NCBI GenBank assembly: GCA_963822945.1
Contig: CAWGJO010000020.1
Coordinates: forward strand, 64,001-128,000
Source of the DNA: an uncultured Gemmatimonadaceae bacterium
GTDB lineage: Bacteria; Gemmatimonadota; Gemmatimonadetes; Gemmatimonadales; Gemmatimonadaceae
Direction: 5' to 3'
DNA: 64,000 nt
Part shown: piece after piece, positions 32,956-45,996 of the stretch
How positions within the stretch are numbered: the first letter of the stretch is position 1
How the letters are laid out: each line of letters begins with the position of its first letter
Notes under the pieces: model-generated
Seen by the model: the letters and a program-made list of their open reading frames with translations, nothing else
What the model was told of the DNA's origin: nothing
Database searches by the model: none
Made by a program: the position numbers and the translations under genes

Positions 32956-33825
32956 TCACAATGTAGCGGGCGTGAGAACCGGGATCGGAACCAGCGGCAC
33001 CTCGTCGTGCTGGAACGCCGTCTGCACACGGCGCCGAAGTTCGCCGTTGACGGCATCGAGATCGGCCGGCTTGGTGCGGGCCGCGATGCCGAGGGTCACC
33101 ATGCCGGGCCCGAACTTCTCGATGCCCGTCACCTTGGGGGCGTCGAGGAATCGGGACTTCCAGGCCTCGTCGCTGCCCAGCGACGCGGCGACCTCCGCCA
33201 GGGATTTGGCGGCCGCCTCGGCCGCGGCCCACGGCACGTCGACGCTCACCGCCGCGCGCCGCCAGGTGCGAGACAGATTGGTGACCTGCGCGATCTGTCC
33301 GTTGGGAATGATGTGGAGCGCGCCGGTGCCGGCGCGCACGTACACCAGCCGCAGCGTCAGATCCTCGACCGTGCCCTCCACGGCGCCGATGCGCACCGCG
33401 TCCCCGAGTCCGAACTGATGCTCGAACTGGAGGAGGAATCCGGTGACGTAGTCGCGCACCAGGCTCTGCGATCCGAACGAGATCGCGAGTCCGAGGACAC
33501 CCGACACGGCCAGCAGCGGATTCGTATCGATGCCGAACGCACGCATCGACATGATGCCGCCGACGATGACGACGACGGTCTGACCGGAGTTGCGCAGGAG
33601 CAGGGCGAGGGTACGCGCCCGCTGCTCGCGCGCCGGCTCCCACTCTTCACCGGGTGCGTGGCGGGCGAGCTTCTCGATCCGCCCGGCCAACAGTCGCACG
33701 GCGAACCATGCGACCACGGACGCCACGAGTACCGGGGCGAGTTCCTTGGCTGACCGACCCAGCTCCGGGAGCGTGTACGGCACGTGCGTCGGCAGTTGCA
33801 GCGCGAGCGACAGGACGTGGGGCAT
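32956..33825 (-). CDS. Small-conductance mechanosensitive channel (MscS family)
   Basis: GVLGLAISFGSQSLVRDYVTG; FGLGDAV..GAVEGTVE; HIIPNGQI..VTN. Confidence 0.88.
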   Translation of the reverse strand: MPHVLSLALQLPTHVPYTLPELGRSAKELAPVLVASVVAWFAVRLLAGRIEKLARHAPGEEWEPAREQRARTLALLLRNSGQTVVVIVGGIMSMRAFGIDTNPLLAVSGVLGLAISFGSQSLVRDYVTGFLLQFEHQFGLGDAVRIGAVEGTVEDLTLRLVYVRAGTGALHIIPNGQIAQVTNLSRTWRRAAVSVDVPWAAAEAAAKSLAEVAASLGSDEAWKSRFLDAPKVTGIEKFGPGMVTLGIAARTKPADLDAVNGELRRRVQTAFQHDEVPLVPIPVLTPATL

Positions 33826-33857
33826 CCGCAGAAGCTAGACGGCGCCCGGCAGGACGG

Positions 33858-34574
33858 TCAACGGATGACGGGCGGGATCGGAGGGCGGGTGGATGCCGCC
33901 GATCGCTCGGCCACGCGCGCCGCCTGGGGGTGTTCCTCACCACCGGCGGCCGCGACCAGCCGGCCGTCGCGCAGGCGATAGGCGGTGGAGGCGAGCGCGT
34001 CCACCGCCTCGCCGTCCCGACCCGTGAGCAGCACCGCGCATCCGTCCGCGGCGTGGCGGTGAAGGCAGTCGCGAACGGTGGCCCGGGCACGGGCGGCGAC
34101 CGCATCCGCCGTCCCGTCGAGCAGCAGGAGCGCGTGGCGCGTGGCGAGTCCGACGGCGAGGGCGAGCCGGGCGCGCTCGTCGGTCGTGAGAGCCATCTGG
34201 GACCGGGAAAGCAGGCCGTCGAGCGAGAGCCGGGCGAGCGCGCGTGCCAGGCGGTCGCCGTCCACCAGCGGATCGGCGCAGGCGCGGGTCAGCGAGTCGA
34301 GCACGGTATCGAACGGCAGTGCCGCGGGCGCGAGGGAGACGATGCGCGGCCGTTCCGCACCCGGCGCCCAGCGAAGAGTGCCGGTGTCGGGCCTCGCGAG
34401 GCCGGCCACACAACGCAGGAGCGTGGTCTTGCCGCACCCCCGCGAGCCGCTGATCCCGACCACGCTCCCCGCCGGGAGATCGAGGCTGATCCGGGAGAGG
34501 ACGCGGGCGGCCGCCGAGCAGCCGCGGGTGCCCGCGAGATAGCACTTGGAGAGATGGTGCGCACTGAACAGCAT
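33858..34574 (-). CDS. ABC-type ATP-binding-like protein, degenerate
   Basis: Walker A GSRGCGKT, AGLARPDTG; signature and Walker B altered (LTTDERAR, LLLLDG). Confidence 0.7.
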   Translation of the reverse strand: MLFSAHHLSKCYLAGTRGCSAAARVLSRISLDLPAGSVVGISGSRGCGKTTLLRCVAGLARPDTGTLRWAPGAERPRIVSLAPAALPFDTVLDSLTRACADPLVDGDRLARALARLSLDGLLSRSQMALTTDERARLALAVGLATRHALLLLDGTADAVAARARATVRDCLHRHAADGCAVLLTGRDGEAVDALASTAYRLRDGRLVAAAGGEEHPQAARVAERSAASTRPPIPPVIR

Positions 34575-34724
34575 GAGCCGACTCCGGGGGGACGAGGCGC
34601 GAGACGCAATGAGGGGACACCTGCAGGGTGCCACCCGGTCCGCGAATCGGCGCCATCCTAAACGCGCGCGCCGGCCCGAAAGACGACGGGGCGCGCGGCG
34701 CGCGGCCAGCCGGCCCCCGGTGGC

Positions 34725-35774
34725 TCAGCGCGCGCGCGAGCGGTGGAACGTGTCGATCGCGTCCACCACCGGCGCCGGATCGAACCGCACGGGGTCGGTG
34801 GTGGGAAGCCCGGTCTCGCGGCCGATGCGTTCGACCGCCGCGGCGGCATCGGCGTCGTTCATGTCGAGCGTATTCAGGGCGACGGCGATCACGGGCGCCG
34901 GGCGCAGCGGCACTCGTTCATGCAGCGCGATGAACTCGGGAAGCGGCGGGATGGCGACCCAGTCGTTGTGGCGGATCGCGGTGCGCGACGGCTGGGCGCA
35001 CATCACCTGGGCATGGGGCAGCGATCCATGCAGCAGCCCGTAGGTGACGCCGGAGTAGCTGGGGTGAATGATCGAACCCTGGCCCTCCACGAGCACGATG
35101 TCCGCATCGCGGGCGGCATCGACCACCAGCCGTTCGGCGGCGCCGGCAATGAAGTCGGCCACCACGGCGTCCACGGAAATACCCTTGCCGTCCACGAGGA
35201 TGCCGGTCTGTCCGGTGCCGGCGAACGCGACGCGGTGTCCCCTGGCCCGCAGCCCGTCGAGCAACTGAAGCGCGGCGGTCATCTTGCCGATGTTGCAGTC
35301 GGTGCCGACGGTGAGCACGACGGTGGCGGCGAGGTCTCGCGCGCGGCCGCGGGCCACGTCGAGGTCCCGCGGCGGACGCCGCAGGTCGTGGATGCGGGCG
35401 TTCGTGGCGGCCGCATGCGCGACGAACTCGGGATCGTCGCCAAGCATGGTGTGGAGACCGCTCCAGACATCCAGTCCGTCGTCGAGGACGCGGAGGATGA
35501 TGGCCCGCCACTCCGGCGGCAGTTGGCCTCCCTGCGGCGCGATGCCGATGAGCAGCGCATTGGGCCGGCGGGCGAGCCCCTCATCCACGGAACCGACCAC
35601 GGGCACGTCGCCGCCGAACCCCAACACCTGCTGCGCGGTCTTGCCGCGCTGCGTGGAATCGAGCACGGCGGCCACCCGATCGGGCGTGTACCGAAGGCAG
35701 GCGTTCGCGGTCTTGGAACGCACGGGGTTGAACGATCCCTCAGCGAGGATGAGGAAACGGGGCGCGCGGCTCAT
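34725..35774 (-). CDS. DUF1611 / DgcN-like P-loop protein
   Basis: SKTA, IGIAPQGG, SGLH, VGTDCNIGKMT, GTGQTG, VVADFIAGAAE, EGQGS. Confidence 0.88.
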   Translation of the reverse strand: MSRAPRFLILAEGSFNPVRSKTANACLRYTPDRVAAVLDSTQRGKTAQQVLGFGGDVPVVGSVDEGLARRPNALLIGIAPQGGQLPPEWRAIILRVLDDGLDVWSGLHTMLGDDPEFVAHAAATNARIHDLRRPPRDLDVARGRARDLAATVVLTVGTDCNIGKMTAALQLLDGLRARGHRVAFAGTGQTGILVDGKGISVDAVVADFIAGAAERLVVDAARDADIVLVEGQGSIIHPSYSGVTYGLLHGSLPHAQVMCAQPSRTAIRHNDWVAIPPLPEFIALHERVPLRPAPVIAVALNTLDMNDADAAAAVERIGRETGLPTTDPVRFDPAPVVDAIDTFHRSRAR

Positions 35775-35789
35775 GGATGGACCGGACGA

Positions 35790-36913
35790 TCAGTCGGTGG
35801 TCGGGGGAAGGGGAGGCGGGGGCTCCGGCGCCTGGGGGGCGGCATGCACGAGGACCGGCTCCACGGTGATGCCGCCGTCATAGACGCCGTGCACGAGGAT
35901 GCGCCGCACGAGCACCATGATGATGGCGAGCGTCGGCACTGCGATGAGCAGCCCCAGGGCGCCCAGCAATTCGCCGATGACGAGCACGCCGAGGATGCTC
36001 AGGACGGGCGGCAGGTCCACCTTCTCGGACATGACCAGCGGCGCCACCACGTTGCCCTCGATCAGGTGGATGACGACGCCGAGGCCGAGCACGAGCAGCG
36101 AGCGCGTGCTGCCGTCGGGCGTGTTGAGCACGAACAGCGCCGGGAGCGTCGTGGAGACGAGCGTGCCGAAGAAGGGCACGATGGCGGCAAGGCCGGAGAC
36201 CACGCCGAAGGTGAGCGCGTACGGAACCCCGAGGGCATACAGCCCGATGGCGGTGAGCAGCCCGAGCACCGTCATCGTGAACAGTTGGCCGACCACGAAC
36301 GCGCGGAGCGTGTCGCCGAGCTCGTGGAGCAGGTGGTGCACGAAGGGGCGGCGCGCCGGCGGAAAGAGGGACTCGACGATGTCGGTGTAGACGTGGGGGG
36401 TCAGCGACAGGTAGATCGCCATGACGCCCACCGAGAACACGTTGATCAGCGCGTGGACGCCGGCGAACAACTTCGGCACCACGTTGTGGACGGTGCTGGT
36501 GAGTTGATCGTAGAGGGCAAGGACGATGCTGTTCTGCCCGGGCGGCATGACGTCGGCGAGCGCCGGAATCCGGGCGATCGTCGACTGGAAGGTGCGCTGC
36601 CAGAGCTCGAGGTACTGCGGAAGCAGTTTGACCAGTTCCTGCGTCTGCGCGACGACCGGCGGGACGAGGATCGCGAACAGCAGCGCCAGTCCGGCCAGAC
36701 TCACGAGCAGTGCGGCCGGAAAGGCGAGGCGCGGGGGAACGTGGAGGCGGCGCCGCAGCGTGGCGGCGAGCGCGGTGAGATAGACGGCGATGAGGATGCC
36801 CAGGAACAGCAGCATCAGCACATCGGCGACGGATCCGATCAGCCAGAGGAGAAGGACAACCAGAACCGTCGCCGTGAGGGCCGGCGCGTATTTGAAGCGG
36901 GGTGCGTCAGCGC

Positions 36914-36917
<4 letters not shown>
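35790..36917 (-). CDS. AI-2E family (PerM/TqsA-like) transporter
   Basis: Multi-TM; IVPFFGT, IEGNVVAPLVM..VDLPP, GALGLLIAVP. Confidence 0.9.
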
Positions 36918-37696
<779 letters not shown>

Positions 37697-37699
37697 GGG

Positions 37700-38104
37700 T
37701 CAGTGTGCCTCACGGAACGAGCCCAACTCGCGCATGTGCGACGCCAGGGCCAGGGTCATGCTCTCATAACTCGCCAGGAACTCGTCGTAGTCAAGGTGCT
37801 CCAGTTCGAGCGCCTCGGTGAGCACCACGGAGTCCCCCTGAATACCGTACGAGCCGTGCAGCAGATCACTCGCATTGAGTTCGAGCAGGCGCCGGCTCAA
37901 CGTGGCCAACGTGCCGTTCTGCTTGGGCAACGTCATCACCTTGACCCGGAGCAACACCACCGGGGGGGAGTAGTGCACCACGACGTCGAAGTCCTGGGCA
38001 CCGCCCGGCTTGACCACCCAGAGCCCCGGTTCGACTTCGGAATGGGAAGCCCCATCCACGTTCAGCCGATCGAGATAGCCTTCGATTTCTTCCTTGGTAA
38101 CCAT
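37700..38104 (-). CDS. CesT/Tir-chaperone (YbjN-like) family protein
   Basis: 134 aa acidic protein; RRLLELNASDLLHGSYGI; LELEHLD..EF. Confidence 0.7.
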   Translation of the reverse strand: MVTKEEIEGYLDRLNVDGASHSEVEPGLWVVKPGGAQDFDVVVHYSPPVVLLRVKVMTLPKQNGTLATLSRRLLELNASDLLHGSYGIQGDSVVLTEALELEHLDYDEFLASYESMTLALASHMRELGSFREAH

Positions 38105-38271
38105 GGTCGTTATCCTGGTGACGCGACTGGAAGAACCTACGGATGGGGCGCGCTGACGTTTCAACTGCCTGCGGGCAAGCTACCGCCGCTCTCCGGGGCG
38201 GGCAACGGGCCGAGGGGGCCGGCCACCACCTTATAGAATAGAAGGCACGCCGCGCGGACGCCGGGCCGCGA

Positions 38272-39156
38272 TCACGCCCCGGCGCGCTTCAACTGCACCA
38301 GCCGTTCGCGGGCCAGGCGGCGTCCGGTGGGCGTCGCGGCGAGCCCGCCGCCTGCGGTTTCGCGGTACCGCACATCCATCTCCCGGCCGATCTCTCCCAT
38401 CACGTCGATGACTTCGTCGCAGGGGATGGCGAACTCGATGCCGGCCAGCGCCATTTCCACCGCGGCCAGCGCGATGGCCGACCCGGTGGCGTTGCGGAAC
38501 ACGCAGGGAAGTTCGACCAGCCCGCCCAGGGGATCGCAGATGAGCCCCAGCGTCGCCTGCTGCGCCAGCGCCACCGCATGACCCACCTGGGCCGGCGTGC
38601 CGCCGAGCATCTCGGTGGCGGCACCGGCCGCCATCCCCGCCGCGGCGCCGGTTTCGGCCTGACAGCCGCCCTCGGCCCCCGACAACGAGGCGCGTTCTGC
38701 GACCACGGCACCGATCAGGCCGGCCGTCGCGAGCGCATCCACCACGCGTTCGTCGTCGACCTGCCGGGCGGCAGCGAGCCCGGTGAGCACCGCCGGCAGC
38801 ACCCCCGCCCCGCCCGCCGTCGGCGCAGCGACGATCACGCCCATCGCGGCGTTCACCTCCTGCACCGCGAGCGCCCGCGCCAGGACGTCGCGGAACGGCG
38901 TGCCGGCCAACGGCCCGGGCGGTCCGTGGCGCAGTTTGGCCGCGTCGCCGCCGACCATGCCGGATACCGAGCGCAGGTCGCCGGCCAGTCCGCGGTCGAC
39001 TGCCTGTCGCATGACGTGGAGGGCACGGCGCAGTGCGTCACGGATCTCCTCCACCGGGCGGCCCTGGTCGAGGGCCTCGGTGGCGAGCGCCAGCCGGCCG
39101 AGCGTGAGCCCCTGGGCGTCGGCGTCGCGGATGGCGTCGAGCAGCGAACGGTACAC
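38272..39156 (-). CDS. sdaAA: L-serine dehydratase alpha subunit (Fe-S)
   Basis: VAAPTAGGAGVLP; SGAEGGCQAE; GLICDPLGGLVELPC. Confidence 0.94.
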   Translation of the reverse strand: MYRSLLDAIRDADAQGLTLGRLALATEALDQGRPVEEIRDALRRALHVMRQAVDRGLAGDLRSVSGMVGGDAAKLRHGPPGPLAGTPFRDVLARALAVQEVNAAMGVIVAAPTAGGAGVLPAVLTGLAAARQVDDERVVDALATAGLIGAVVAERASLSGAEGGCQAETGAAAGMAAGAATEMLGGTPAQVGHAVALAQQATLGLICDPLGGLVELPCVFRNATGSAIALAAVEMALAGIEFAIPCDEVIDVMGEIGREMDVRYRETAGGGLAATPTGRRLARERLVQLKRAGA

Positions 39157-39157
39157 G

Positions 39158-39826
39158 TCAGCCGCTCACTTTTTCGAGACGGTGGGCCCACCGGACCCAG
39201 GGGAACGCCCGCAGGTGGTCGCGCACGGCCACGTCGGGCGCTTCGTCCACCTCGATGACCATGAGCGCGTCGCCACCCTTGTGTTTCCGGCTGAGTTTGA
39301 GCGTGGCGATGTTCAACCCGTCCTCGGCGAGCCGTGCCGTGATGCGGGCCACCGATCCCTTCACGTCCTCGGCGACCAGGACGATGGTGAAGTGGTTGCC
39401 GAGCACCTCCACCGGGAACCCGTCGATCTCGCTCACGTGGATCCGGCCGGCGCCGAGCGAGGCGCCGAGCATCACGTGCCGCCGCTCGCCACGCTCGACC
39501 GTGATCCGCACCGAATTCGGATGCGCGTCGCCGGCGAGGGTGGTCTTCTCGAACCGGTACGCGAACCCCTCTCGCTCGGCGATCTCCACCGCATCGCGCA
39601 GCCGGTCGTCGTCGGGACGGAAGCCGAGCAGCCCGCCGGCGATCGCCTTGTCGGTGCCGTGCCCCTCTCCCGTGCGCGCGAACGAGCCATGGAGCTCGAT
39701 GCGGGCGCGATCGGGCGTGCCCCCCACCAGACAGCGCGCGATGAGCCCGAGTTTGCAGGCCCCGGCGGTGTGGGAGGACGACGGGCCCACCATGACGGGG
39801 CCGATGATATCGAGGAGGGAGACCAA
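39158..39826 (-). CDS. sdaAB: L-serine dehydratase beta subunit with ACT domain
   Basis: DIIGPVMVGPSSSHTAG; GHGTDKA; HPNS. Confidence 0.94.
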   Translation of the reverse strand: MVSLLDIIGPVMVGPSSSHTAGACKLGLIARCLVGGTPDRARIELHGSFARTGEGHGTDKAIAGGLLGFRPDDDRLRDAVEIAEREGFAYRFEKTTLAGDAHPNSVRITVERGERRHVMLGASLGAGRIHVSEIDGFPVEVLGNHFTIVLVAEDVKGSVARITARLAEDGLNIATLKLSRKHKGGDALMVIEVDEAPDVAVRDHLRAFPWVRWAHRLEKVSG

Positions 39827-39866
39827 GGGGGAAGAGTGAAGGGTGAAGGGGGAAACGACCGGGGCG

Positions 39867-42713
<2,847 letters not shown>

Positions 42714-42800
42714 AACCTGCGAAACCTGACCGGTCCGGCGGGGGGAGACAAGCCGGGGGGGTGCGGCGTTATGTTATGGGAACCTTTCGGACGCCCCGCC

Positions 42801-43136
42801 ATGCCTCATACCGATGCCATTGTCGTCCTCACCACGGTCGCCTCCGATGAGGAGGGGGTCCGGCTGGTGCGCGCGCTGCTCGAACGGCGCCTCATTGCCT
42901 GCGGCACGCTGGTGCCCGGCGCCCGGTCGCTGTACCGCTGGCAGGGCAAGATCGCCGATGAGCGCGAGGTGATGGTCATCCTGAAGACCCGGTCGGCGCG
43001 GCTGGAGACGTTGCAGGCAGCGTTCGGCGAGCTGCACCCGTACAAGGTGCCCGAGCTGCTGGCGCTCCCGGTCTCGGCGGGGCTGCCCAAGTATCTGGAT
43101 TGGATCAGCGGCGAGACGACGCTGGCCCTGGCCTGA
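42801..43136 (+). CDS. cutA: Divalent-cation tolerance protein CutA
   Basis: LLERRLIAC; SLYRWQG; HPYKVPE; YLDWI. Confidence 0.93.
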   Translation: MPHTDAIVVLTTVASDEEGVRLVRALLERRLIACGTLVPGARSLYRWQGKIADEREVMVILKTRSARLETLQAAFGELHPYKVPELLALPVSAGLPKYLDWISGETTLALA

Positions 43137-43139
43137 TCC

Positions 43140-43643
43140 GTGATCGAGGTCCGCGTCGACGACCTGGCCTTCTACCGAGGCGAGGCGATCGCCTGGCCGG
43201 TGGACGCCACGCTGGGCGCGACGACGCCGCTGCTGCGCCGTGTCGAGACCGCGGCCGGGCCGGCCCTGACCGATCGGGCTCCGCTCAAGGAACCGCTGCC
43301 GGTGGGCGCGGCGGTGGTCACGGGAGCCGGTGACCTGGGCGTCGAACTCCTGATTCACGCCGTCATCATGAGCCGCGAAGAGCAGGCATCGCGCGACGCC
43401 GTGCGGCGGGCGTTGACGAGCGCGCTCCAACGGGCGACGGACTTTCGCGTCGGCGAACTGGCCGTTGCGCCGTTCGGCATCGGCGCCGGGAATCTGGACC
43501 TGGAGGAGAGCGCCGAGGTGATGATCGAGGTGATGCGGCAGCACCAGGCGCGTGGCGCACATCCCCACTCCATCGTCGTGGTCGTAGAGAACGAAATGGA
43601 GCAGACGGTATGGAACGCCATGCTGGCGCGGGCCGGCGCATGA
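43140..43643 (+). CDS. Macro-domain-like protein (divergent)
   Basis: IEVRVDDL; PVGAAVVTGAGDL..LIHAV; LAVAPFGIGAG. Confidence 0.75.
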   Translation: MIEVRVDDLAFYRGEAIAWPVDATLGATTPLLRRVETAAGPALTDRAPLKEPLPVGAAVVTGAGDLGVELLIHAVIMSREEQASRDAVRRALTSALQRATDFRVGELAVAPFGIGAGNLDLEESAEVMIEVMRQHQARGAHPHSIVVVVENEMEQTVWNAMLARAGA

Positions 43644-45199
43644 GCCGGCGCGGGTGGACCGCGGCCGTGGTCCTGGTGTTGTGGGCGGGCGGCATGGTGG
43701 CGCTCATCCGCCGCGAGTACTTCCAACCGAACGTGGAGCGTCTGGCCGAGGCGGGCGCGCGGGTCACGCCCGGAGCGGTATTCTACGCGGTGCTGCAGGG
43801 CGACCGGCAGGTCGGCTTCGCCTCGTCCACCGTGGACACGGTGACCGGCGGCATCACGTCCACCGACTATCTGGTCGCCAACCTCGACGCCGGTGGTGCC
43901 GCCCATCGCCTGCGGGCGCGCAGCACGGTGGAGGCGTCGCGCACCCTCCGGGTGCGCCGCTTCGCGGTGGACATCGAGTCGGATTCGGCGCCCTTCCACG
44001 CCGGGGGCCGAGTGGACGGAGACTCGGTCGTGGTGTACGCCGTGTCCACCGCCGCCGGGGCGAGCGCCGACTCGGAACGCGTGGCCATCGACGGACCGGT
44101 GCTGCTACCCACCCTGGTGCCGCTGGCCATCGCCCTGGGCGAGGAACCCAAGGTCGGCAAGTCGTACGTACTGCCGGTCTTCGACCCGCGTACGCTGGCG
44201 CCGAGGGACACGCGGATCAGCGTGTCGGCCGAGACGACGTTCGTGGTGAACGACAGTTCGGTGCTCGACGCGGCGACCGGGCGCTGGCGGGGCGTACAGC
44301 CCGACACGCTCCGGGCGTGGCGGCTCCGAGCCCCGGGCGACAGCAGCATCGGCGGCTGGATCGACCACCAGGGGCGGGTGGTGGCCACCACGCGGATGGG
44401 GCTACGGCTCGTCCGCCGGCCGTACGAAGTGGCCTACGAGAACTGGCGGATCGACAGCAAGCAGGACAGCGTCGAGGCAGCCGACGCGACGAACGACGTG
44501 CTGGCGACGACGGCCATCGCCGCCGACCGGCACGTGACGCGGCAACTGACACGGTTGCGCGTGCTGCTGCGCGGCGCCACGCTCGACGGCTTCGACCTGG
44601 ACGGCGGCCGGCAATCGCTGCGCGGCGACACGCTGACCGTGGTCCGCGAATCGCGGGACAGTCTGGCCCCCCGATTCTTCATGGGGGTGCGGCGTCCGCC
44701 CGATGTGCTGCGGGCGCTCGAGCCCGAACCGCTGGTGGAGTCGCGCAACCGCGAGATCCGCGAGTTGGCCGGCCGGCTGCGCGGCCGGTCGCGCGACCCG
44801 CGCGAGGTGGCGGCACGGATCAACCGCTGGGTGCACGATTCGCTGAAGAAGCGCATCTCGTTCGGGATTCCCGACGCGCTGCAGGTGCTGCATTCCCGGA
44901 GCGGCGACTGCAATGAACACACGCAGCTCTATCTGGCCCTGGCCCGGGCGAGCGGGATTCCGGCCCGGGCGGCGACGGGGTTGGCCCTGGTGGACGGCAA
45001 GTTTTACTACCACGCCTGGCCCGAAGTCTATCTCGGGAGGTGGGTGGCGGTGGATCCGACGTTCGGCCAGTTCCCGGCCGACGCCGCCCACCTGCGATTC
45101 GTCGTCGGCGGGCTGGCCCGGCAGACGTCGCAGATGTCGCTGATCGGCATGCTGCGCATCGACGTCCTCTCGGCCACCCCGGCGGCCGACACGCGCTGA
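43640..45199 (+). CDS. Membrane-anchored transglutaminase-like domain protein
   Basis: N-terminal TM; GDCNEHT, ARASGIPAR, YHAWPEVY, WVAVDPT (Cys-His-Asp triad). Confidence 0.88.
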   Translation: MSRRGWTAAVVLVLWAGGMVALIRREYFQPNVERLAEAGARVTPGAVFYAVLQGDRQVGFASSTVDTVTGGITSTDYLVANLDAGGAAHRLRARSTVEASRTLRVRRFAVDIESDSAPFHAGGRVDGDSVVVYAVSTAAGASADSERVAIDGPVLLPTLVPLAIALGEEPKVGKSYVLPVFDPRTLAPRDTRISVSAETTFVVNDSSVLDAATGRWRGVQPDTLRAWRLRAPGDSSIGGWIDHQGRVVATTRMGLRLVRRPYEVAYENWRIDSKQDSVEAADATNDVLATTAIAADRHVTRQLTRLRVLLRGATLDGFDLDGGRQSLRGDTLTVVRESRDSLAPRFFMGVRRPPDVLRALEPEPLVESRNREIRELAGRLRGRSRDPREVAARINRWVHDSLKKRISFGIPDALQVLHSRSGDCNEHTQLYLALARASGIPARAATGLALVDGKFYYHAWPEVYLGRWVAVDPTFGQFPADAAHLRFVVGGLARQTSQMSLIGMLRIDVLSATPAADTR

Positions 45200-45237
45200 C
45201 CGCTCCCGGTTCGGCTGCTTCTCTTCACGTTCTCGCC

Positions 45238-45996
45238 ATGATCCGACTGACGTCTCTCACCAAACGCTACGGCAGCTTCACCGCGGTGAACGCCATCGAC
45301 CTCGACGTGCCACGCGGGGAACTGTTCGGATTTCTTGGTCCGAACGGTGCCGGCAAGACGACGACACTGCGCATGATCGCCGGCATTCTGCGCCCCACCG
45401 CGGGCACGGTGGAGATCGGGGGCGTGAACATCTCGACCGATCCGATCGCCGCCAAGATGAAGCTGGGCTTCATCCCCGACCGTCCGTTCATCTACGAGAA
45501 GCTCACCGGCGCGGAGTTCATGCGGTTCGTGGCCGGCCTGTACGATCAGGAAGGACCGGAGGTGGAACATCGGGCGCGCGAACTGCTGGCCCTGTTCGAC
45601 CTCGAGGAGTGGCAGGACGAACTGGTGGAGAGCTACAGCCACGGCATGCGCCAGAAGCTCATCATCTCGAGCGCGTTCGTGCACCGCGCCGAAGTGATCG
45701 TGGTGGACGAGCCGATGGTGGGCCTCGACCCGAAGGCGGCGCGCATCCTCAAGGATCTGTTCCGCGAATACGTGAACCGCGGCAACACGATCATGATGTC
45801 CACGCACACGCTGGAAGTGGCGGAGGCCATGTGCGACCGGATCGCGATCGTCCAGGCCGGGAAGATCCGGGCCTGCGGCACGATGGCCGAGCTGCGGCAG
45901 AGCGCCGAGGGCGGCGCGGAGGGCCTGGAGGAAATCTTCCTCAAACTCACCGGCGAGAACGCGGCCCGCGAGTTGATCGAGGTGCTGAATGCCTGA
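45238..45996 (+). CDS. ABC transporter ATP-binding protein
   Basis: GPNGAGKTT; YSHGMRQK; VDEPMVGLDP; STH. Confidence 0.95.
   Translation: MIRLTSLTKRYGSFTAVNAIDLDVPRGELFGFLGPNGAGKTTTLRMIAGILRPTAGTVEIGGVNISTDPIAAKMKLGFIPDRPFIYEKLTGAEFMRFVAGLYDQEGPEVEHRARELLALFDLEEWQDELVESYSHGMRQKLIISSAFVHRAEVIVVDEPMVGLDPKAARILKDLFREYVNRGNTIMMSTHTLEVAEAMCDRIAIVQAGKIRACGTMAELRQSAEGGAEGLEEIFLKLTGENAARELIEVLNA

Noticed and set aside
31529..33643. 704-aa extended CysRS
   Set aside because: The extension overlaps mscS in another frame; CysRS homology starts at 32947.
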